From: Paracoccus suum
GTDB taxonomy: Bacteria; Pseudomonadota; Alphaproteobacteria; Rhodobacterales; Rhodobacteraceae
Direction: 5' to 3'
DNA: 32,000 bases
Assembly (NCBI RefSeq): GCF_003324675.1
Contig: NZ_CP030918.1
Location: 2,280,001-2,312,000 of the forward strand
Below the pieces are notes generated by a model. That model saw only the letters and a program-made list of their open reading frames with translations, did no database searches and was not told the DNA's origin. Numbering within the stretch: the first letter of the stretch is position 1; each line of letters starts with the position of its first letter. Of this stretch, positions 8,815 to 15,720 are shown one piece after another. A program made the translations under genes and the position numbers.

Positions 8815-8844
8815 GTCCGGTGCGCGAGTTGCAGCGCACCGGAC
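8815..8844 (-). terminator. Strong hairpin after the aminopeptidase gene (11-bp perfect stem GTCCGGTGCGC / GCGCACCGGAC, 8-nt loop)
   Basis: Seen directly. Starts 26 nt downstream of the aminopeptidase stop on the minus strand. The trailing U-tract is weak (ATTGCC), so this could be a terminator or an mRNA-stability element. Confidence 0.45.
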
Positions 8845-8870
8845 AGGATCGTTTCACATTGAAAGCAAGG

Positions 8871-10061
8871 TCACTGCGCCCCGCAGGCGGACGGGAAAGT
8901 GTCGCAGTAGCTGACGAATTCACCGACCGAGGTTGCCTTCAGCGTTGCGTGCACGATGGCGCGGGCGAAGGCGTTTTCCGCCGCAGCGTAGATCTGCTGG
9001 ATCTGCGCGTCGTCGGCGGTCACTTCGCCGGTGGCGAGGGTGAAGTAGGAATCGCCGTCGCTGATCAGGTGAATCGGGTCGATGGCGCGGCCATGACCGC
9101 GAGACACCGCCTCGGCCAGTTGCTTGACCTGTTCCTTGTCCAGCTTGGCGTTGGTTGCCAGCACGCCAATGGTGGTGTTGGCATGCGGCTTGCCCGTTTC
9201 CGCGTCGATTTTTGCCTTTTCCAGCGCCGCGTCACATTCCTCGCGCGAGGGACTCTTGTAGGCGCCGAACTCGTCCCCGATAGCCAAATCCACCGCCCGC
9301 AAACTGCAGTCCGAGAAATCGACTGGCGTGCCGACCGCGTTGACCGCGGTTATCGCGCCAACAATGATGCCATTGTCCAGTTCCACGCTGGCTGTGCCGA
9401 TGCCGCCCTTCAGCGGCAGGCTCTTGCCGCCCGACCGGGTGCCTGTGCCCGCGCCGACGTTGCCCTGCTCGACAGGACCTGACTTGGCGTTTTCCATCGC
9501 CTGATAGCCGAAATCCGCGTCGGGCCTTGCCTTGAAGTCGCCCCCGCGCAGCAGGTCGAACACCACCGCGCCCGAGACGAGCGGGTCTACATGCAGCGGA
9601 TCAGTGCCGACATTCATGCCGACGCCATGCTCCTCCAGCCAGCGCATGATCCCCGAGAACGAGCCTAGGCCGAAATAGCTGCCGCCGGTCAGGAACATCA
9701 CGTGCGATTCCTGGTCGTTTTTGCCCGGCTGCAACACCTCGACGTTGATGCTGCCCGGCCAGCCGCCGGGAACTATCGCGCCGCCGACCGCGCCGTCGGG
9801 TGCATAGACGGCCGTCACGCCGGTCAGGAACGGCGGGTCGTTGCGCGTCACCTGCCCGACGAGAATTCCCGGCACGTCGGTGATGGCGTTGTTGGTCCCA
9901 TGCTTGTCGAACCTGGGGGCCTCGGTCGCTGCCTGGGCAGATGCCGGGCCAGCACCGATCTGCGCTGCCAGCAGCGCGATCGCAGTTCCCACCCCAAGGG
10001 AACAGCGCATCCTGCGACGGCTGCGTGAGTCAGTTTGACGTGATTTGACGGAGTCTAGCAT
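8871..10061 (-). CDS. Peptidase family S58 (P1) DmpA/BapA-like aminopeptidase with an N-terminal signal peptide
   Basis: NAITDVPGILVGQ...LTGVTAV...FLTGGSYFGLGS...GNVGAGTGT...LKGGIGTAS...AVNAVG are characteristic DmpA-family blocks. Signal-like MRCSLGVGTAIALLAAQIGAGPASAQA. Start chosen at ATG 10061 (RBS GGGGAGGG 8 nt upstream); ATG 10010 is an alternative. Confidence 0.8.
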   Translation of the reverse strand: MLDSVKSRQTDSRSRRRMRCSLGVGTAIALLAAQIGAGPASAQAATEAPRFDKHGTNNAITDVPGILVGQVTRNDPPFLTGVTAVYAPDGAVGGAIVPGGWPGSINVEVLQPGKNDQESHVMFLTGGSYFGLGSFSGIMRWLEEHGVGMNVGTDPLHVDPLVSGAVVFDLLRGGDFKARPDADFGYQAMENAKSGPVEQGNVGAGTGTRSGGKSLPLKGGIGTASVELDNGIIVGAITAVNAVGTPVDFSDCSLRAVDLAIGDEFGAYKSPSREECDAALEKAKIDAETGKPHANTTIGVLATNAKLDKEQVKQLAEAVSRGHGRAIDPIHLISDGDSYFTLATGEVTADDAQIQQIYAAAENAFARAIVHATLKATSVGEFVSYCDTFPSACGAQ

Positions 10062-10094
10062 TGCCGAACCCTCCCCGGTTCTTATGCCGCATGA

Positions 10095-10131
10095 CCATAT
10101 TATGCGTATAAATAGCACTGATTGCTGTCAA
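10095..10131 (-). promoter_or_regulatory. Putative promoter of the aminopeptidase gene in an AT-rich island (perfect TTGACA at 10131-10126, minus strand)
   Basis: The minus strand reads TTGACAgcaatcagtgctatttatacgcataatatgg. The -10 is ambiguous, with several A/T hexamers at non-ideal spacing. This is the only strongly AT-rich patch upstream of the gene. Confidence 0.3.
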
Positions 10132-10637
10132 TAAAAATTGTGATGCGTCCTCAAGGGGTAAGGGGAGGGATCAGCACGAGTTTGGGCGCTAGGTGGGAAA
10201 AGCAGGGGAAATTCTGGCGCGGCGAGGTGCGAAGGAGCTTCACGATGAGGGGTGGAGCCCTCGGCAAAGGCCCGGGTTTTTTGTCGCGGGAGCGAGATAC
10301 GCATTGCTCCCGCCCAAGGTCGGTTTAAGCCTCGGAAAGGGCTTCCACCATGACGGTGGCGACACTCATGGATGTTGTGCAGGACCGAGTAACTCTCCGC
10401 TCATCCGCAATCGTGGGGGAGCGCGGCTGGACCTGGCGGAAGCGCGCGACCGTCTGCACCGCTCGCTGCGCAGCCCAGTTGACGGCAACGGCGGCGGGCG
10501 TCTCGCGACGCGAGCCCACTTGCGAAGACCGGATCGGACGCGGACGCCGGAGCAGCAGCCACGGCATCTCCAATTTTAAGGTGTAGCGGGCGCTAGCCGC
10601 CCGGATGCCAATTGAAGCTACAGCTCGCCAATCCTGT

Positions 10638-10668
10638 CGGGGAGCCCACCGTCGTCGGCGGGCCCCCG
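10638..10668 (-). terminator. GC-rich hairpin 26 nt downstream of the VOC-gene stop (9 bp with one bulge, 12-nt loop)
   Basis: CGGGGAGCCC-N12-GGGCCCCCG on the plus strand, with the complementary hairpin on the minus strand. No U-tract. Confidence 0.3.
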
Positions 10669-10693
10669 CGCAGGCCCTCAAGACCAGCCTTGT

Positions 10694-11047
10694 TCAGCCC
10701 CTCTGCACGATCTCGGTCTTGCCGCCGCCTTCGGGTGCCACGAAGGCGATGCGAAGCCCTTCGCGGACCTGGCGCGGAGGCGTGAGGATCGTCCCACCCG
10801 AATTCTCGATATGCGCCACTGCGGCGTCGAGGTCCCGGGTCGCAAAAGCCAGGTGATCGACCGCGCCGGTGCCCCCCGCGCGCTCCTCGATATAGACCTG
10901 CGCGCCACCCAGCTGCAGGATGACGCGCAGGCCGTTGGGCGTCTCATATTGCTCGATCTCGCGCGCGCCGAGCAGGGCGACGTAGTCATCCGCCGTCTTC
11001 CGCGCCGAGGCAGCGAAGATGTGGACGTGGTCCAGGGTCAGTTGCAT
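10694..11047 (-). CDS. VOC (glyoxalase/bleomycin resistance/dioxygenase) family protein, 117 aa
   Basis: MQLTLDHVHIFAASARKTADDYVALLGA...GAVDHLAFATRDLDAAVAHIENSGGTIL is the typical single VOC module. Start at ATG 11047 with GAGGA at -8. The upstream extension of the ORF overlaps the SDR gene and is Arg/Pro-rich. Confidence 0.8.
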   Translation of the reverse strand: MQLTLDHVHIFAASARKTADDYVALLGAREIEQYETPNGLRVILQLGGAQVYIEERAGGTGAVDHLAFATRDLDAAVAHIENSGGTILTPPRQVREGLRIAFVAPEGGGKTEIVQRG

Positions 11048-11061
11048 CGGAAGTCCTCGCC

Positions 11062-11847
11062 TCACACGCTGCGGATGGCGCCGCCGTCTACCCTGATCTT
11101 GGCGCCGGTGACATAGGATGCGCGCTCGCTGGCGAGGAAGGCCACCACGTCCGCGAACTCTTGCGGCGCGCCGTAGCGGCCGGCGGGGATCGTCGCACGC
11201 GAGGCAGCCGCCACGTCCTCGACGGGCTGCTGCTGGCGCGAGGCGGTCGCGGCGTCCAACTGATCCACGCGCTCGGTGTGGATGCGGCCGGGCAGGACCA
11301 CGTTCACGGTCACGCCGTTGGCCGCGACCTCGGCCGACAGGGTCTTTGCCCAGCCGAGGACCGAGGCGCGGATCGCGTTCGACAGTGCCAGCCGGGGAAT
11401 CGGCTGCTCGATCCCCGACGAGCCGAGGACTATGATGCGGCCCCACTTGCGCACCTCCATCGCCGGCAAAAGGCGCCCGGCGAGGTGGAACAGGTTGGCG
11501 GCCATCGCCTCGAACTGCGCCGTCCAGTCAGAGCGCGCGGCCGAGCGGGCCTCGCCGGGGGGCGGTCCGCCGGAATTGAGGACCAGGATATCAACCCCGC
11601 CGGATCGCAGAAGCGACTCGGCCAGGGCATCGACGCTGGCGACATCGGCCAGATCGACATGCGCCGCCTGGACGTTGCCGGCAGCTCCGCCTGTAAGGTT
11701 GCCGGCCCAATCCTTGATCTTGTCCGTGTTGCGCGCGGCCGCGGTCACGATCGCACCCTCCTGCGCCAGCGCCGTGGCGATCGCGGCACCGAGGCCCTGG
11801 CTGCTGCCGAGTACGAGCGCGCGCCGCCCCTTGATGCCCAGATCCAT
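11062..11847 (-). CDS. Short-chain dehydrogenase/reductase (SDR) family oxidoreductase
   Basis: Rossmann motif ALVLGSSQGLGAAIATALAQEGA, NSGG, and C-terminal GRYGAPQEFADVVAFLASERASYVTGAKIRVDGG typical of classical SDRs. Confidence 0.88.
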   Translation of the reverse strand: MDLGIKGRRALVLGSSQGLGAAIATALAQEGAIVTAAARNTDKIKDWAGNLTGGAAGNVQAAHVDLADVASVDALAESLLRSGGVDILVLNSGGPPPGEARSAARSDWTAQFEAMAANLFHLAGRLLPAMEVRKWGRIIVLGSSGIEQPIPRLALSNAIRASVLGWAKTLSAEVAANGVTVNVVLPGRIHTERVDQLDAATASRQQQPVEDVAAASRATIPAGRYGAPQEFADVVAFLASERASYVTGAKIRVDGGAIRSV

Positions 11848-12776
11848 CAGTTCAGCTCCTTCAGGCGACGCTCCTGGCGGGTGATGAGGAATTCGATATC
11901 CGCCATGTCGGCCGGGGACAGTTTGGGCGCGGGCCTACGCGCATGGGCCGAGGCAATCGCGCCGCGCCGCGCGAGGATCGCCTTGCGCAGCGCGAGGCCG
12001 AGGCCCGGCTGCTGCTCGTAGCGGGCCAGCGGCAAGTAGGCGTCGAACAGGTCCTGTGCGCGGTCCGTATCGCCGCGGTCATGCGCGGCCTGCACGTCGG
12101 CCATCATCTCGGGGTAGCCAAAGCCGGTCATGGCGCCGTCGCTGCCGCGCCGCAACTCCTCCGGCAGGAACATCCCGCCATTGCCGGCGAGGATCGAGAT
12201 GCGGCGCAGGCCATCCTTCCTCCCGGCCGCCCGCAGCGCGTCGATTTTGGCAAGGCCCGGCCAGTCCTCATGCTTGAGCATGACGCAACTTGGCACGTCG
12301 CGGATGATGCGGATGATGAGGTCGGCTGACATCTGCACGCTCGTCGCCAGCGGAAAGTCCTGCAGAACGAACGGCACGTCGGCACCGATGACATCGGCAA
12401 CGCCGGTGAAATAGCCGTAGAGTTGCTGGTCCGTGCGCAGCGCCGAGGGCGGCGCGACCATCACGCCCGCAGCGCCCATCTGCATCACGCGGTCCGAGAG
12501 CTCCTTCATCGCAGCAAACCCGGGGGCCGAGACGCCCACGACGACCGGCAGGTCGGAACCGGCGCGGTCCAGCACGCGCTGCACGAAGGCGGCGGATTCG
12601 TCGGCCGTCAGCTTGGGCGCCTCGCCCATCATTCCGAGGACAGTCAGGCCCGTCGCGCCCTTTTCACGGTAGAAATCGACAAGCCGGTCGGTGCTGTCGA
12701 GGTCGAGACTGCCGTCCTCGGTAAAAGGCGTGACGGAAATTACGAATACGCCGCGCGCGGTTTCATCCAGAAGCAT
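11847..12776 (-). CDS. Dihydrodipicolinate synthase/N-acetylneuraminate lyase (DHDPS/NAL) family protein
   Basis: GVFVISVTPFTEDGSLDLDSTDRLVDFYREKGATGLTVLGMMGEAPKLT is the canonical DHDPS-family N-terminus. TGATG junction with the SDR gene. RBS AAGGA. Confidence 0.85.
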   Translation of the reverse strand: MLLDETARGVFVISVTPFTEDGSLDLDSTDRLVDFYREKGATGLTVLGMMGEAPKLTADESAAFVQRVLDRAGSDLPVVVGVSAPGFAAMKELSDRVMQMGAAGVMVAPPSALRTDQQLYGYFTGVADVIGADVPFVLQDFPLATSVQMSADLIIRIIRDVPSCVMLKHEDWPGLAKIDALRAAGRKDGLRRISILAGNGGMFLPEELRRGSDGAMTGFGYPEMMADVQAAHDRGDTDRAQDLFDAYLPLARYEQQPGLGLALRKAILARRGAIASAHARRPAPKLSPADMADIEFLITRQERRLKELN

Positions 12777-12789
12777 CGGTCAATCCTTG

Positions 12790-14190
12790 TCAGAGTGGTA
12801 GAAGTTTGCCGGGGTTGAACAGGCCCTGCGGGTCGAGAAGGCCCTTGATGCGCTGCATCAGTTCCAGTTCGATCTCGCCCTTGAACGCAGGCATCTCGCC
12901 TACGCGCAACTGGCCTATCCCGTGCTCGGCGCTGATCGAGCCGCGGTACTGCGACACGACGGCATGAACCCCGCTGGTCACGCGATCCCAGCCCGGAAAG
13001 GCGTTGCCTGCGTCCACGGGACGCAGCAGGTTGTAGTGCAGGTTGCCATCGCCGAGGTGGCCAAAGATCACCGGCCGCGCGCCCGGCATCACTCGCTGGA
13101 CGGCCGCATCCGCATCAGCGACGAATTCCGGCAGCGACGAGACGGGGACCGCCACGTCATGTTTGGCGCTGCCGCCCTCGCGGACCAGAGCCTCCGAGAT
13201 CGCCTCGCGGACCTTCCAGAAGGCCCCGGCCTGGGCGGCGTTCTGTGCCACGACGGCGTCGGAAATCAGCCCTGCTTCGCTTGCGGTGACCAGTTGCTCC
13301 TCAAGCATGGCAGCCAAGGGCGCATCCGCGTGACTGTCGGTCAGTTCGATCAGCACCGCGTCACTTGCGGCGGGCAAGGGCAGGGGGGCTGACGGAACAT
13401 GCTTGGCGATCACCGACAGGCAGGCGCCGCTGATGTATTCGAAGGCCGACAGGCGGTCGCCACAATGATCGTTGATCTGGTTGAGCAGCGACACCGCCTG
13501 ATCCAGACCCTCGACACTGGCCATGGCGGTGACGGAGGCGCGCGGGGTCGGGAACAGGCGCAGCGTCGCCGCAGTGATGATCCCGAGCGTGCCTTCCGAG
13601 CCGACGAAGAGATCGCGCAGCGAATAGCCGGTGCTGTCCTTGCGCAGATCGCGCAGCCCGTCGAACAGGCGGCCGTCCGGCAGCACCACCTCGACGCCAA
13701 GGGTCAGGTCGCGCATGTTGCCATAGCGCAGCACGGCAACGCCGCCGGCACTCGTCGCGACATTGCCGCCAATGGTGCAACTGCCCTCCGCCCCGAGGCT
13801 GAGGGGAAAGTAGCGGCCAGCGGATTGTGCGGCCTGCTGGACCTCGGCCAGGATGCAGCCGGCCTCTGCCGTGATGGTATTGCCGACCGGATCGACACGC
13901 CGCAGCGTCCGCAGCCGGCGAGTGGACAGGACCACCGCCCCCGCAGAGCCCGGCGTCGCCCCGCCTGAGAGGCTGGTGTTTCCGCCCTGCGGGACCACGA
14001 TCGCGCCATGGCGGGCGCAGGCCCGGACGGTATCCGAGACTTCCGCGGTCGTGCCGGGCGAGACGACTAGCTGCGCCTGGCCGTGATATTTCCCCATCCA
14101 GTCGACCAGATAAGGCGCCATCTCTGCCTCGGACTGCAGGACATGCCTGTCGCCGACTATGGCGCGCAGTTCCTCGGCAAGGCTGCTCAT
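12790..14190 (-). CDS. FAD-linked oxidase (GlcD / D-2-hydroxyacid dehydrogenase family), 466 aa
   Basis: PCMH-type FAD-binding domain: LVVSPGTTAEVSDTVRACARHGAIVVPQGGNTSLSGGATP...GNTITAEAG...GGNVATSAGG. C-terminal HGIGQ...DPQGLFNPGKLL. Start set at ATG 14190, an ATGA overlap with the racemase stop. Confidence 0.85.
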   Translation of the reverse strand: MSSLAEELRAIVGDRHVLQSEAEMAPYLVDWMGKYHGQAQLVVSPGTTAEVSDTVRACARHGAIVVPQGGNTSLSGGATPGSAGAVVLSTRRLRTLRRVDPVGNTITAEAGCILAEVQQAAQSAGRYFPLSLGAEGSCTIGGNVATSAGGVAVLRYGNMRDLTLGVEVVLPDGRLFDGLRDLRKDSTGYSLRDLFVGSEGTLGIITAATLRLFPTPRASVTAMASVEGLDQAVSLLNQINDHCGDRLSAFEYISGACLSVIAKHVPSAPLPLPAASDAVLIELTDSHADAPLAAMLEEQLVTASEAGLISDAVVAQNAAQAGAFWKVREAISEALVREGGSAKHDVAVPVSSLPEFVADADAAVQRVMPGARPVIFGHLGDGNLHYNLLRPVDAGNAFPGWDRVTSGVHAVVSQYRGSISAEHGIGQLRVGEMPAFKGEIELELMQRIKGLLDPQGLFNPGKLLPL

Positions 14191-14882
14191 CGTGCCGCCT
14201 TCGCGTCCGTCTTGCCGGCCCAGCCGAGGCTGACGCGGCCGATCATCATGCCGACGGCGGCTTGCGTCGGCTCGACGACCGGGATGCCGACCGCCTGCTC
14301 GACCGCGGCGCGAAAGCGCGCCATTCCTGCGCAGCCCATGACCAGCACGTCCGCGCCGTCCTCGTCGCGCAGCATCCGGCCCGTCTCGCTCATCAGCGCG
14401 ACCGCGCGGGCGTCGTCCGCCAGATCGGCCACGCCCATCCCGATGGCACGATCGGCGGCGATCCGGTCCATGATGCCCATCGCGCCGAACAGGCGCATGT
14501 GCCGGGGGATCGAGGTCGAGAGGATCGAGATGACGCCGATCCGCTGGCCGAGGCTCATAGCGGTCAACATGCCGCATTCCGCAATCCCGAGAACCGGGTG
14601 ACGGCTCTGCTCGCGCAGGGCGAACATGCCGGGATCGCTGAAGCAGGCGACGACGAAACCGCAGGCGCTGTCTTCCAGCTGGGCGGCGCGATTCAGCAGC
14701 GGGCCGTCGATGGAATCGACATCGCGCTGGGTCTGGATACCCTTGGGCGTGCCTTCCAGCGTGACGCATTCGATGCGCAGGCCGCATGGGCGCAGCGGCT
14801 CCATCGCCGCGTCGATCCCGGCGGTTACCACGGTGCTGGAGTTCGGGTTGATGACGTAGATCGTGCTGTTTTGCGCCGACAT
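14187..14882 (-). CDS. Asp/Glu/hydantoin racemase family protein (hydantoin-racemase-like)
   Basis: Both catalytic-Cys blocks of the family are present: VVACFSDPG and VLVMGCAGMA. Length of 231 aa is typical. Confidence 0.85.
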   Translation of the reverse strand: MSAQNSTIYVINPNSSTVVTAGIDAAMEPLRPCGLRIECVTLEGTPKGIQTQRDVDSIDGPLLNRAAQLEDSACGFVVACFSDPGMFALREQSRHPVLGIAECGMLTAMSLGQRIGVISILSTSIPRHMRLFGAMGIMDRIAADRAIGMGVADLADDARAVALMSETGRMLRDEDGADVLVMGCAGMARFRAAVEQAVGIPVVEPTQAAVGMMIGRVSLGWAGKTDAKAAR

Positions 14883-14918
14883 TCCGTGGGCCTTTCCTCT
14901 GACAAGCCGAAGTGAGGT

Positions 14919-15536
14919 CTATTTTCTTGGCGACTGAAAGCGCTCGCGCAGGGAGACGTACCAGTCTGCGCCGTGCAGCCGCCCGACGAGATCGAGCGCG
15001 TCGATATCCACATGCAGGCGTTCGTTGGTGGCACCGTCGCGCACCCAGATGTGGATGATCTCGCCCAAAACCAGCATCCGCTGGCGCCGCCCGACAGCAA
15101 GGGTCACGGTCTCGCGGCATTCGAACTGCACCGGCGAGGCGGCGATGCGGGGCGGCGCGACGGCGCGCGAGGGAACTGCCTCAAGCCCCGCGAGGGCAAG
15201 CTCGTCGACGCCCGGTGCGTGGTCGACCGCGCAGGCGTTCATCGCCGGCAGCATCGCCCGGTCCACCAGGTTCACCACGAACTCGCCGGTGCTGCGGATG
15301 TTGTTCAGCGTGTCCTTGAGGCCCATGGGTTCATCAGGATCCCCCGCGCGCCCCTCGATACCCAGAACCACAAGCGGAGGGGCATGGCTGAAGACATTGA
15401 AAAAACTGAACGGCGCCGCGTTGATCCCGCCCTTTGCGTCAAGGCTGGTGACGAGCGCGATGGGCCGCGGAAGAACCGTATTGACGAGGAGCTTGTAGAC
15501 CTCGCGCTCGGTGAGTTCGGATACCGACCAGTCCAT
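14919..15536 (-). CDS. Flavin reductase family protein (FMN-binding split barrel)
   Basis: YKLLVNTVLPRPIALVTSLDAKGGINAAPFSFFNVFSHAPPLVVLGI is the typical flavin reductase-like domain. Confidence 0.85.
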   Translation of the reverse strand: MDWSVSELTEREVYKLLVNTVLPRPIALVTSLDAKGGINAAPFSFFNVFSHAPPLVVLGIEGRAGDPDEPMGLKDTLNNIRSTGEFVVNLVDRAMLPAMNACAVDHAPGVDELALAGLEAVPSRAVAPPRIAASPVQFECRETVTLAVGRRQRMLVLGEIIHIWVRDGATNERLHVDIDALDLVGRLHGADWYVSLRERFQSPRK

Positions 15537-15539
15537 GGA

Positions 15540-15719
15540 TCATGCGGCTTTAGGGATGGTGAGGCCGTCGTGGCAACGCGGGTTCAGAGCGTGAGGACGC
15601 GCGCCGCTGGCCGTAGAAGCCATCGCCACCTGCCCAACCCGCACAATACCACTGGCGATCCCCCACGATGCCACCCGGCCCGACAGCCCTCCACAGTCAC
15701 CCTCGATCCCGCAGGCCAT
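15540..15719 (-). CDS. Candidate small ORF (59 aa, MACGIEGDCGGLSGRVASWGIASGIVRVGQVAMASTASGARPHALNPRCHDGLTIPKAA), no recognised family
   Basis: Exactly fills the 184-bp gap between the amidohydrolase and flavin reductase genes. Its ATG lies 1 nt after the upstream TGA, and its TGA lies 3 nt before the downstream ATG. The downstream gene has no SD of its own. GC3 is about 70%. Confidence 0.3.
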   Translation of the reverse strand: MACGIEGDCGGLSGRVASWGIASGIVRVGQVAMASTASGARPHALNPRCHDGLTIPKAA

Positions 15720-15720
15720 G

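Noticed and set aside
1676-10118. Possible genomic island integrated at tRNA-Ser
   Set aside because: There is no integrase, no direct repeat of the tRNA 3' end that I could find in the window, and no GC or codon-usage break. The genes are ordinary catabolic and transport operons.
10155-10186. G-quadruplex-like run GGGGTAAGGGGAGGG...TTTGGG on the plus strand
   Set aside because: The fourth G-tract needs a 14-nt loop. In a GC-rich genome such runs are common by chance. It is kept only as part of the description of the unexplained spacer.
10277-10282. T6 run as a rho-independent terminator
   Set aside because: I could not find a stable stem immediately 5' of the T-run on the plus strand. The nearby 8-bp hairpin lies 3' of it, which is the wrong order. 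On the minus strand the run is A6.
12790-15120. 776-aa ORF suggesting a giant fusion protein
   Set aside because: Only the C-terminal 466 aa (from ATG 14190) look like a protein, namely the FAD-linked oxidase. The N-terminal 310 aa are Arg/Pro/Gly-rich and overlap the racemase and flavin reductase genes in another frame.
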